A stretch of 64,000 nt of DNA from an uncultured Acidobacteriota bacterium (GCA_963755795.1 CAVWLI010000017.1:25262-89261); one strand, 5' to 3'; positions 26,673 to 35,602 are shown, counted from the stretch's first letter. Numbers and translations: made by a program. The notes: generated from the letters alone by a model not told the origin.

Positions 26673-26941
26673 AGAAGTACGATTTTGAAATACTGGGACC
26701 ATTGCCAACCGTTGCACTTGCACGATCCTCGCCTTCCGCACTCGAAAGCACCGCAGATTTTTACCGGGCTGTAAATTATTGCAACAATTCGTCTTCCAAT
26801 CTATTGCGTGACCGGAGAAGATTCTGCTGAGCCGGACTGAACGTTTCCAAAATGGGCCTTCTGCCTCACTCAGTCGGTGAAATCACGCACGCTTCTGTTG
26901 CGCGGTGAAGCCAAGTGGTTCCGCCTTATTTTGCAGCCATT

Positions 26942-26957
26942 TGTGATTGAAATCACA
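26942..26957. promoter_or_regulatory. Perfect CRP/FNR-family palindrome TGTGA-TTGAAA-TCACA
   Basis: Read directly and checked by codon arithmetic from 26877. It lies in the divergent intergenic region, 178 nt upstream of the ccsB ATG (27135) and 270 nt upstream of the 16-haem cytochrome ATG (26672). It also fits the FNR form TTGAT-N4-ATCAA with one mismatch per half-site. Confidence 0.45.
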
Positions 26958-27134
26958 CGCTTTCCCCTGTGGGTGAAATCGCAGCAAACCCTTGCAAGAA
27001 TGAGTGTTATGGCTCACGCGAGCCGCTCGACCGACCCCCTCTTTCAGACTCACTCCGTTGATAACACACGACTTCAAGGCAAATCCCAACGTTGGCGCGG
27101 AACGTGCATTGCTCCAAGTGAGAAGAGGAACGTC

Positions 27135-28607
27135 ATGCCACTGTCACTGCTCGCGGCGCCCCGAAAAATCTGGCAGACCCTCAGTTCCATCAAAACCGGA
27201 GTCGTTCTCATTATTCTGGTCGTCATCTTTTCGGCGGCGGGCACAGTTATTTTGCAACGTCCCATGACCGACGCCGACGATATGGAGCGCGCTTATTCGC
27301 CGTCGATGCTGCGCTTTCTCGACGCCACCGGCCTCACCGACGTTTTTCACACCCGCTGGTTCGTAGCTCTGTTAATTCTGGTGTGCTTCAGCATCATCGC
27401 CGCCTCGGTGCAGCGCTTCCCCAACGCCTGGCGATATTTCGCGCGTCCTTATAAGAGTCCCGACGAAAACTTCCGCAAAGCTCTGCCCATGCAGGCCCAG
27501 TTTGCGCTCGCCCGTAACGACGAAGAACTCGGACTGAGCGCCGCCGAACGCGCCTTCAAGCACCTTGGACTAAAAACAGAGCGCATCGTACGCACCAACA
27601 GTTTCTCGCTGTTCTCGGAGCGCAGCCGCATCTCCGAGATGGCGGTCTACATCGTTCATGCCAGCCTGCTTCTGATCTTTACCGGCTTCATCGTGGACTC
27701 GCTCTATGGCTGGCGCGGATTCCTGATGCTGACTCCAGGAACCGCCAGCAACCAGATCGAAATGAAAAACGGCTCGCTGCGGACGATTCCCTTCTCCATC
27801 CGCTGCGACGGAACCGGCGAGGAAACCTATGCCGACGGCACGCCCAAGAAATATTGGTCGAAGCTCGCGGTGGTGGACGGCGGACAAGAAATTTCCCGCA
27901 AAGAAATCGTGGTCAACGATCCGCTGGTCTATCACGGGCTCCGTTTCTATCAGGCCAGTTACGGCCGCACCGGCAAGCTCGATCAACTGATCCTTGACGC
28001 GACTCCAGCCAACAACGTCGCCAGCACTCCGCAGCAAATTTCTCTCGCCATGAACCAGACCGTGCCGCTCGACCCCGACACCACCGTGCAACTGGTGGAG
28101 TTCATCCCCGATTTCGTGGTGGAGGACGGCCGGGTCTTCACCCGCAGCAAAGACATTGTGAATCCCGCGGTTCACATCATCGTGACTTCAAAGAAAGCGA
28201 ATAGCAGCGTGAATGTATGGCTGCCTCCCATGCCGGGCATCGACGAGAACGCATCCTCCCCCTACACCTTCGACCCGAAAGACTTGAAGACCGGTGTCTA
28301 CACGGGACTGCAGGTTTCGCACGAACCCGGCCAGTGGGCGGTGTGGGCCGGAGTCGTGCTCATGGCCATCGGCCTGACCTTTGTTTTCTATGTGGTTCAC
28401 ATGCGCTTCTGGGTTGTCCCGGTACGCGACGCGCAGGGCGGCACGGTGCTGTGGGTTGGCGGCACGGCCAACCGCAATCGCGACGCCTTCGAAATGAAGT
28501 TCAAAACTGTGGTCGAGCAGATTCAGAAAGAACTCAAGCCCGCAATGGCCTCGGCTGCGCCGCCGGATGTAGCAACGATCTCTAGAACAACCATCGCCGG
28601 ACGCTGA
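27135..28607 (+). CDS. ccsB: Cytochrome c biogenesis protein ResB/CcsB (System II)
   Basis: ORF 26877..28607. The ATG at 27135 is preceded by AGAGGAA. N-terminus KIWQTLSSIKTGVVLIILVVIFSAAGTVILQRP, a large periplasmic loop and a C-terminal TM segment. It is followed 22 bp later by ccsA. Confidence 0.88.
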   Translation: MPLSLLAAPRKIWQTLSSIKTGVVLIILVVIFSAAGTVILQRPMTDADDMERAYSPSMLRFLDATGLTDVFHTRWFVALLILVCFSIIAASVQRFPNAWRYFARPYKSPDENFRKALPMQAQFALARNDEELGLSAAERAFKHLGLKTERIVRTNSFSLFSERSRISEMAVYIVHASLLLIFTGFIVDSLYGWRGFLMLTPGTASNQIEMKNGSLRTIPFSIRCDGTGEETYADGTPKKYWSKLAVVDGGQEISRKEIVVNDPLVYHGLRFYQASYGRTGKLDQLILDATPANNVASTPQQISLAMNQTVPLDPDTTVQLVEFIPDFVVEDGRVFTRSKDIVNPAVHIIVTSKKANSSVNVWLPPMPGIDENASSPYTFDPKDLKTGVYTGLQVSHEPGQWAVWAGVVLMAIGLTFVFYVVHMRFWVVPVRDAQGGTVLWVGGTANRNRDAFEMKFKTVVEQIQKELKPAMASAAPPDVATISRTTIAGR

Positions 28608-28628
28608 GTCCGGCAACGGAGGAAATGT

Positions 28629-30026
28629 ATGGCACGCGCAAACGTTGAACAGCATCCCGCGACCGGAACCACCATGATCGTGATGGTGGGGTTGGGAATG
28701 GCTTTCCTGCTGTTCATGGCTTTTCTGAATGTGGCGAAGAGCGGAAATATTCTGAGTGAAGCCAACTTCTTATTTGCCGCCCTGGTTTTCTACTCGGGCG
28801 CGGGAGCGTTATATCTGGGCTTTGGCGTAACCGGGACTGAATCCTACATCAAGTACGCTTCCCTCATGACCTGGGCAGGCCTGCTGGCCAACACCGCGGC
28901 CGTTGCCCATCGCTGGTACGAAGCCGGACATCCTCCGTTCGCCAGCATCTATGAAATGCTGCTGAGTTTTGTGTGGACTTTAGCTGCGCTCACCCTGATC
29001 GCGGAAAAACGCTATGGCGTGAAAGTCATTGGCACGGTCACCATGCCGGTTGCGATTGTCGGCGTCATCCTGATGCAGCTTCTGCCTAGCGAAGTTCGCC
29101 CGCTGGTTCCGGCACTTCAATCCACTTGGCTGCACGTCCACGTGACCCTGGCCATGCTGGCCTATGCAGCGTGTGCGCTGAGCTTTGCGCTGGCCATGAT
29201 GTTCCTGATCCAGGACAAGGTGAAGACGGAACTGTTTCTGGCCGCCACCAGCATATTCACGGTCGGAATTTATGGCGCGGTCCTCACCCGTTTCGAAAAA
29301 TGGGGCGGCCTCAACGTAATCGCATGGAACGCTCAAAATAAAGCAGAAGTGTTCGTCTCGCGCGGCGTCAGGCTCTTCGTCACGATTCCCGACCTCGGCT
29401 GGCTGATGCTTCTGGTCTTCGCCGCTGTGCTGGCTCCGCTGGTACTCTTCGCCCTTTCGCGAATCAAGAAGAATGCAGCCCTGCTGGCGGTGGCCGATCG
29501 CGCAGTCTTCGTCAGCATTCTGCTGCAAATCCTGGCCCTGGCATTTTTCCTGGTGCGCGTGCGCGGCGGACAATATCCCTCCCTCGATGCCGACGGCTTG
29601 TACGCCACGAGTCTGGCGGCAAGCCCGTTCATTCTCTCCGCGCTGGTGGGCGGTATCTTCGCCAATCTTCTCTATCTCCTATTGCTCTGGCGGCGCGCCG
29701 ATCTCGAACGCCTTCTCCCCGACGCCGACACGCTCGACCGCATCACTTACAAAACAATTTGCATTGCCTTCCCCCTACTCACCCTGATGATCGCCGCCGG
29801 CGCCTACTGGGCTAACCGGGCCTGGGGCTCCTATTGGAATTGGGATCCTAAAGAGACGTGGGCGGCGATTACTTGGCTGGTCTATGCCGGCTATCTGCAC
29901 ATGCGCATCACTCGCGGCTGGCGCGGACGCCGTGCCGCCTACTTCGCCATCCTGGGATTCGCGGTGGTGATGTTCACCTTCTTCGGCGTCACTTATTTAT
30001 TGCCTGGATTGCATGCGTATGCCTGA
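28629..30026 (+). CDS. ccsA: Cytochrome c-type biogenesis protein CcsA (haem handling, WWD motif)
   Basis: Polytopic protein. It carries the W-rich motif WGSYWNWDPKETWAAITWLVYAGYLH and conserved His residues. Confidence 0.9.
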   Translation: MARANVEQHPATGTTMIVMVGLGMAFLLFMAFLNVAKSGNILSEANFLFAALVFYSGAGALYLGFGVTGTESYIKYASLMTWAGLLANTAAVAHRWYEAGHPPFASIYEMLLSFVWTLAALTLIAEKRYGVKVIGTVTMPVAIVGVILMQLLPSEVRPLVPALQSTWLHVHVTLAMLAYAACALSFALAMMFLIQDKVKTELFLAATSIFTVGIYGAVLTRFEKWGGLNVIAWNAQNKAEVFVSRGVRLFVTIPDLGWLMLLVFAAVLAPLVLFALSRIKKNAALLAVADRAVFVSILLQILALAFFLVRVRGGQYPSLDADGLYATSLAASPFILSALVGGIFANLLYLLLLWRRADLERLLPDADTLDRITYKTICIAFPLLTLMIAAGAYWANRAWGSYWNWDPKETWAAITWLVYAGYLHMRITRGWRGRRAAYFAILGFAVVMFTFFGVTYLLPGLHAYA

Positions 30027-31284
30027 GACTATGACGCCACCACTGGATCGGCATATTCCGGCTGAAGAGGTCCCCGCCGCTTCGCGCTTCCGTACCGGCT
30101 TTTTCAGTACGGCGTATTCGAGTGCAGCTGCGCTGGCCAACCCGATTTCAACCGGAGCCGATGATCGTGCGAAGGCCCCTGCGGCAGAGGATCCCGAGTC
30201 GCCCTGGCTAAGCATCACATGGGAGATCAAGGCGCTGGTTCCGATCGCCTGCGTGCTCCTCGGCGGAATGTTGCTGTTTCTTCTCGCCACGCTCTCCTGG
30301 CGCGATCCCGAACGTCATCTCGTGCTCCTGGTCGCAGGTTCAGGAGCAGTCGCGATTTGCGGCGCACTGCTGGTCGTGCTCACCTACACCGTGCAGCGCC
30401 CAATGGTCGAACTGCAGCAGAAAATCGCGCAACTCGGCGGTGGCGATCTGAACGTAGCCGTCAGTTTTTCTCACCGCAATGACGAGATCGGTGACCTCGG
30501 CCGCAACTTCAACCAGATGGTGGTGCAACTGCGCGAAAGCCGCGCCGAAATTGAACGCCTGCACCGCACCCAAATGTCGCGCGCCGAGCATCTGGCCACT
30601 CTCGGAGAAATGGCCACCGGACTGGCCCACGAAATCCGCAACCCCTTGGCGGGGATTGCCGGCGTCATTGAAATCATTGGCCGCGACTTGCCGTCAACCA
30701 GCCCGGCGCGCGCCGTGGTCAAAGACGTTCGCCAGGAAATTGCCCGCATCAATCACATCGTCACCGACCTGCTGCAAACTGCGCGGCCGCATCCGCCCAC
30801 CGTCCGCAAGAGCGATTTGAATACCACCGTCGAACATGCCGTCATGCTCGGCCGCCAGCAGGCAATGGCAAAGTCTGTTGAGATCGAACTACACAAAAAC
30901 TCCACCCTGCCCGAAGTGGAGCATGACGGCGATCAGATTCACCAAGTGCTGCTCAACCTGCTACTCAATGCACTGCAGGCTCTCGATTCTTCAGCGAGCG
31001 GCCATACTGGAAAGATTACGGTCACTGTCAGGCACCAGGGAAACGCCGCAGTCGTCGAAGTTTCCGACAATGGTCGCGGCATCGCCCCCGATCATCTACC
31101 CAACATCTTCCGCCCCTTCTACACCACCAAAGGCGACGGCACCGGCCTGGGATTGTCGTTGGCCCGCCGCATCGTCGAAGACCATCACGGCCGCATCGAC
31201 GTCTCCAGCACCCTCGGCAAAGGCACTACCTTCGCTGTCGTGCTCCCGTTGCAGAGAGCTGCGGTGCCAACCTCCGGCTCTTAG
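30013..31284 (+). CDS. Sensor histidine kinase (2 TM, HAMP, HisKA, HATPase_c)
   Basis: It overlaps the ccsA 3' end by 14 nt. HAMP region (GGDLNVAVSFSHRNDEIGDLGRNFNQMV), H-box LAHEIRNPL, N-box LLNLLLNALQA, G-boxes DNGRGI and GTGLGLS. The start could be one of several nearby ATGs. Confidence 0.85.
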   Translation: MRMPETMTPPLDRHIPAEEVPAASRFRTGFFSTAYSSAAALANPISTGADDRAKAPAAEDPESPWLSITWEIKALVPIACVLLGGMLLFLLATLSWRDPERHLVLLVAGSGAVAICGALLVVLTYTVQRPMVELQQKIAQLGGGDLNVAVSFSHRNDEIGDLGRNFNQMVVQLRESRAEIERLHRTQMSRAEHLATLGEMATGLAHEIRNPLAGIAGVIEIIGRDLPSTSPARAVVKDVRQEIARINHIVTDLLQTARPHPPTVRKSDLNTTVEHAVMLGRQQAMAKSVEIELHKNSTLPEVEHDGDQIHQVLLNLLLNALQALDSSASGHTGKITVTVRHQGNAAVVEVSDNGRGIAPDHLPNIFRPFYTTKGDGTGLGLSLARRIVEDHHGRIDVSSTLGKGTTFAVVLPLQRAAVPTSGS

Positions 31285-31407
31285 GAATCTGGCACCGAAC
31301 GTAAGCCTGCCTGTTCACACACTCCTCTTGCAACATTTCGATTGGAATGTAGCGGGCCTCTGTTCCGAGCACGATCTCGGTGCTGTCCAAACGAGAACCA
31401 GTGAGGC

Positions 31408-31444
31408 GACGGGATGTTCTCTCCTCGGAGTGAAACATCCCGTC
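31408..31444. terminator. Hairpin (11-bp perfect stem GACGGGATGTT/AACATCCCGTC, inner CTCC..GGAG pairing) between convergent genes
   Basis: Read directly and positioned from ORF 31414. It lies between the kinase stop (31284) and the stop of the minus-strand gene at 31495. There is no clear T-tract. Confidence 0.45.
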
Positions 31445-31494
31445 CCACGATCTGCTCGTCGCTTCACTTAAAGCAACAAACCGCAAGTCATTTC

Positions 31495-32334
31495 TTACTG
31501 AAGGAAAGTAAACCAGCGCCAGCCACTAGCAGCCGAATTACGATAAGGAGGACTAGCCAGTGTGGTGACGCGCCATTTGCCGGGCTGCGCGCCAATAAAG
31601 CCGAAAGTGTAATCGGACATTAATGGATCCGTTATCGTGACGGCTGGGTAACTCACGCAATCAATCTCTCCGGCCTGGCAGTAAGCTATCTCCAGATAGT
31701 AGCCCGACGCCGCAGGTACCATCTTCCACGACAGGGTGATGGTCCGCGGATAGTGGTCGAAAACTATGTTGTTAGCGGGAGTGGTCAGAATGGGCGTCTC
31801 CATTTGAGGAATGGTGTTGAACGAGAAGGTCCACCACGCACTGGGGGCCGAGTAGTTCGTTCCATCGAACGCAGTCACCCGCCAACGGCCTTTTTGGTCG
31901 CCAACAAAATTGAATGTGTAGAAGGAATTGGTGTTGCCCGATACGGTGACTTCTGGGTAGGCAGTCCAGGTCGTGCCAAACAAGTATGCGGACTCCACCA
32001 GATACGAAACCGCAGTGCTCACGGGGTTCCATATCAGGGTTGTAGTACGAGGGTAGTGGTAAAGCGCCGTCCCGTTTGCTGGCGACACCAGAACGGGCGT
32101 TCCCCATGGCGTGGTTTCGGGTTGCACGGCCGGGACGATCTGTTCCGGTGGTGTGGTTTCGACGGTTCTTTGCCAGCCAAATTGCCCAGCGCTGGCCGAT
32201 TCGTGAGCCGGTAACGCTTCCGGCGCTGCCGTTTGACCCAAAGCAGATGGGACCAGAGTGCAGAGCGCGCCGCCTAGGACCGCGAGTATTCCCAGGTGAA
32301 GAACGCCTGTTCCTAGCTTTGTCATGTCTTTCAT
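31495..32334 (-). CDS. Secreted protein with two tandem ~95-aa Fn3/Ig-like repeats
   Basis: Signal peptide LGILAVLGGALCTLVPSALGQ. Repeat 1 is PANGTALYHYPRTTTLIWNPVSTAVSYLVESAY...GRWRVTAFD...WWTFSF. Repeat 2 is PANNIVFDHYPRTITLSWKMVPAASGYYLEIAY...GKWRVTTL...WRWFTF. Confidence 0.7.
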   Translation of the reverse strand: MKDMTKLGTGVLHLGILAVLGGALCTLVPSALGQTAAPEALPAHESASAGQFGWQRTVETTPPEQIVPAVQPETTPWGTPVLVSPANGTALYHYPRTTTLIWNPVSTAVSYLVESAYLFGTTWTAYPEVTVSGNTNSFYTFNFVGDQKGRWRVTAFDGTNYSAPSAWWTFSFNTIPQMETPILTTPANNIVFDHYPRTITLSWKMVPAASGYYLEIAYCQAGEIDCVSYPAVTITDPLMSDYTFGFIGAQPGKWRVTTLASPPYRNSAASGWRWFTFLQ

Positions 32335-32906
32335 GTTTCCTCCATTGAACTGATTGCTTAACCAAGAAGCCGAGGTCGTTTATGAGGCTCCGGGCAATGG
32401 GGGGAAGGGCGGACGTGCCCAAAACGCAGCCGGAATTATGTTCTATGGTCGTCCCGCTGTCAATTAGCAATTTAGTTGCAGCCGTTCGGTGAAGGCTTTC
32501 ACTATGAATGCGACCCCTGCTGCGAGTTGATTGGTCCTAAATCGCACTCCCTTGACTTCTGGAACCGGCGAATCCCTTTGTCCCCCGGCTTAGGTGGTGG
32601 CTCAGTTTGACCGCCCGGTGCGCAAGCTTGCGTATCGTCCCGGTTGGCAATGGCGCCATGCGTCAATTGTGGATATATGGAAGGTTTGTGGAAATACTGT
32701 CGTCCTGCGTCAACTACTATATGCTGCTAGTTGTCGAATTCACCGAAGTTGATGATTCCAATGGACTGGATGCGCATGGGGCAGGGGGTGGGGTAATCAA
32801 AAGGTAAACTCTCTCCAATGGTGCGCAGCTGGCATTGAACGATGTACGAACTCAGGATCCCATTCCCCGCATCTTACGATTCGCTGCACTCAAAGTACTC
32901 CTCGAA

Positions 32907-33170
32907 TCAGCCTTTACTGGGCAACATCTTCGCAATGATCGAGGCCACTGTGCTGGGCTCATGCTGTCCGAGCGTGCCCTCAAGGGTGTACGAGCGCTCG
33001 AAGGCGTTCGGACCGGTGATCTGCATCTCCCAGCGATCGTTGCCTTGCGAGCCAAGGATGACTACTCGCCAGTCTCCGAGCCGGTCCGCGAGGACGTGCT
33101 CAATCATTGCGATTAGATCGCGCCGGGACTGCGCGTCGGCGGTGTTGTGCATTTCTACCGTCACAGACAT
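32907..33170 (-). CDS. Small hypothetical protein
   Basis: 87-aa ORF with balanced composition (MSVTVEMHNTADAQSRRDLIAMIEHVLADRLGDWRV...). No family recognised. It overlaps alternative plus-strand ORFs of poorer composition. Confidence 0.35.
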   Translation of the reverse strand: MSVTVEMHNTADAQSRRDLIAMIEHVLADRLGDWRVVILGSQGNDRWEMQITGPNAFERSYTLEGTLGQHEPSTVASIIAKMLPSKG

Positions 33171-33299
33171 TGGAAAATTCTACGACATTCCTCATTCCGT
33201 GGGTTGCTCGCGCGGGCCCGCTCGCGCGCGCCGGTGGTCCGACAGGCCATCCACAAAGGTAATTAGCAACAGGAAGGATCGGCTTTAATAATTAAGGCG

Positions 33300-34154
33300 A
33301 TGGCGAAAGTCATCCCTGGAGACCGGATGTCATCCCACGAAGTCCGCACAGCCTGCAAAGCTCTGGCTGCAGCCCTGCTGCTGTTCCTGAATGCTGGAGT
33401 CGTCTTTTCGAGCGACAAGCTCATAGCACTTACCTTTGACGATGGGCCGCGACCTTATGTTTTGTTTGGCAGTAAGGGCGGCGATCACCCTGGGGATCAC
33501 CGTGGTCTGAGCTTGCTGAACGTGCTCGACGAAAATGGCGTGAAGGCGACTTTTTTTGTGGTGGGATGGCGGCTCTCGCCGAAGACCTGGGGAGATCGGC
33601 GTTACGAAGAGAATGTGGGAATCACGTGCATCGACGCGGCCGAGCAATTAGTACAACGCGGCCACGAACTGGAAGACCACACCTATAGCCACATTGAACT
33701 GCGCAGTGCCGAGCGAAAACAAGGAGAGCAATGGGTAATCGCGGACGTGAATCGAGGGGCGGAAGCGATCCGGGCGGTCACCGGCACTCGGCCGAACTAT
33801 GTGCGACCTCCCGACTGGATGATTTCCGACGACGCGCGCCTCGACCTGGAGCGGCAGGGCTATCACCTGCTGACCATCTCGCAAGAAAACCCCATGGCGC
33901 TGCGTGATGTGAATTCGCTCGATTATCTGTGCGCCAGAAAAGCCAGTGACTGCCCCAAGCCTTCTTTAGTGGATGCGGTGCTGAAACAGGTGGAACAGCG
34001 GGAACGGCGTGGAGTGTACACGCACATTCTCGCCTTCCATGAGCTGTCGACGACAACGGCGATCATGCCGGAATTGATTGCAACTCTCAAAGCGCGCGGC
34101 TACCGCTTCGTGACGCTGAGTGAATACATGCGACTGGTGGGAGCCCAGCCCTAA
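33300..34154 (+). CDS. Polysaccharide deacetylase (NodB homology domain, CE4)
   Basis: Signal-like N-terminus. Motifs LTFDDGP, GVKATFFVVG and HELEDHTYSH (metal-binding His). Confidence 0.85.
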   Translation: MAKVIPGDRMSSHEVRTACKALAAALLLFLNAGVVFSSDKLIALTFDDGPRPYVLFGSKGGDHPGDHRGLSLLNVLDENGVKATFFVVGWRLSPKTWGDRRYEENVGITCIDAAEQLVQRGHELEDHTYSHIELRSAERKQGEQWVIADVNRGAEAIRAVTGTRPNYVRPPDWMISDDARLDLERQGYHLLTISQENPMALRDVNSLDYLCARKASDCPKPSLVDAVLKQVEQRERRGVYTHILAFHELSTTTAIMPELIATLKARGYRFVTLSEYMRLVGAQP

Positions 34155-34440
34155 CCCACTCGCCTGGACGAATTATTGCTGAGTAGTTCGACGGCCTGAT
34201 CTTCAGCCAGGCAAAGCATCGTCGTCATGAAGGCCGACCAAGAAGCGACCGTCCAAAGGCGAACCGTCCAAAAGCGAACAACGATTTGCACAAATGGACA
34301 AGCAGACGGTCTGCGCCTGGCCGCAGAGCCTTCGACTATTTCAATGCCGGGAAGTACTTGAGAGGTTCGCAGCCGGTCCAGGGTTTCGGCTGGTGAATTG
34401 CCTGTTGCCAGTTCGAAGAACGTCTAGACGGAGCCTTGCC

Positions 34441-34875
34441 ATGGCACATTTTGAACGGATTCGCGATGTGGTTTCCGGGCCGTTTAGTCCCGAGGTGATT
34501 CGACAGCGCACGACAGCGGGATGGCAAATGGTATCGATCGAATGGCGGCGCGAGTTGCCTGAGTCGGAAACTCCCACGCAGGGCGCATTCAGTGAGGACA
34601 TCCCGTATGGACTGCGCATTTCGGACGATGGCCTGCGGCTGGAGGTCGATCCCATCGAGAACAGGACGCTGATGCTGATGATGGAACTGCTGGTGCAGGA
34701 CTTCCCCTACTCCAGCGTTGTCAGTGATCTCAATGAGAAGGGCCTTCGAATGCGGGACGGCAGGCCGTGGAATCGAGTGGCCGTTTTCAATATGACGCCA
34801 CGCCTCATCGAAGTTGGGCCGCGCCTGTTCTCAACCGAAGATTGGAAGAAGGTGCGCCAGAGATTTCATAAGTAG
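34441..34875 (+). CDS. Stand-alone 'Recombinase'-domain protein (serine-recombinase middle domain without the catalytic resolvase domain); possible remnant
   Basis: ORF 34294..34875 with a likely ATG at 34441. The segment IPYGLRISDDGLRLEVDPIENRTLMLMMELLVQDFPYSSVVSDLNEKGLRMRDGRPWNRVAVFNM matches the pattern of the large-serine-recombinase Recombinase domain. There is no N-terminal catalytic Ser domain and no zinc ribbon. Confidence 0.55.
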   Translation: MAHFERIRDVVSGPFSPEVIRQRTTAGWQMVSIEWRRELPESETPTQGAFSEDIPYGLRISDDGLRLEVDPIENRTLMLMMELLVQDFPYSSVVSDLNEKGLRMRDGRPWNRVAVFNMTPRLIEVGPRLFSTEDWKKVRQRFHK

Positions 34876-35176
34876 CGCACCTGCGTGGTGGAGTCGGTGG
34901 GAGCCGGAGTGTTGCCGGTGTGAGATTTACGCTGCGTTCCTGGGAGTCTTCTCGGGACTCGCGGTTCGACTCGAATCGAGTTTGAACTTCCTGCGCGCCG
35001 ATTCCCAATTTGGCTCAGGTAACTGTTCCCTGAGTGGCCGTTCGTAATTTGAAAATGCGCGGCGCCGGATTCAGAATCAATTTGCCCACCACTTCGTAGT
35101 TCGGCCACCGTGGCTTCCTTTCGGGAAGTCGCAGCTGAACGAATCCACTCTGGCCTGATTGGATCTGTGCACAGTC

Positions 35177-35602
35177 ATGTCTCGCGCCAAAGCAACCATT
35201 CTCTGTATTGACGATCACTGGAACGGACTCATTGGCCGGAAGATGCTGCTCGAAAAAAACGGCTATAAGGTTCTGGAAGCTAGCGGTGGAGACGAAGGGC
35301 TGAAGCTGTTTAGCTCGCGCAACGTGGATGCCGTGGTCCTGGACTATCAGATGCCAGGAATGAGCGGGGATGTGATAGCCGAGAAGATGAAGAGCATCAA
35401 CTCGCATGTTCCGATCATGATGTTATCTGCCTACGGACCGCTGCCGAAAAAGAAGTTGCGCTCAGTGGACTCGTTTCTGACGAAGTCGCAACCACCGAAC
35501 ATTCTTTTGTCCAAGCTGCAAGGGTTGCTGGGCAATCAGCACAAACCATTTTTCTCCCGTTGGCTCGATCAATGGAAGAACCGGAATAAGGGGAGCTCGT
35601 GA
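35177..35602 (+). CDS. Stand-alone response regulator receiver domain
   Basis: ORF 35159..35602 with a likely start MSRAKATILCIDD. Phospho-acceptor context AVVLDYQMPGMSG, and MMLSAYG. Confidence 0.85.
   Translation: MSRAKATILCIDDHWNGLIGRKMLLEKNGYKVLEASGGDEGLKLFSSRNVDAVVLDYQMPGMSGDVIAEKMKSINSHVPIMMLSAYGPLPKKKLRSVDSFLTKSQPPNILLSKLQGLLGNQHKPFFSRWLDQWKNRNKGSS

Noticed and set aside
31290-31306. TGGCAC-cgaac-GTAAG, a possible sigma-54 -24/-12 promoter (searched for because an NtrC-type activator is present)
   Set aside because: The -12 element (TTGC) is missing. The site also lies just after the kinase stop and points into a convergent gene. Other TGGCAC words (for example at 2205, 12795, 26230 and 26525) are inside coding regions without a proper -12 box.
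34940-34980. tRNA-like GGTTCGA word (gcggttcgactcgaatcgag) near the recombinase-domain ORF, considered as a tRNA or att remnant
   Set aside because: No complementary T-stem, acceptor stem or anticodon arm could be drawn around it. It is most likely a chance match.
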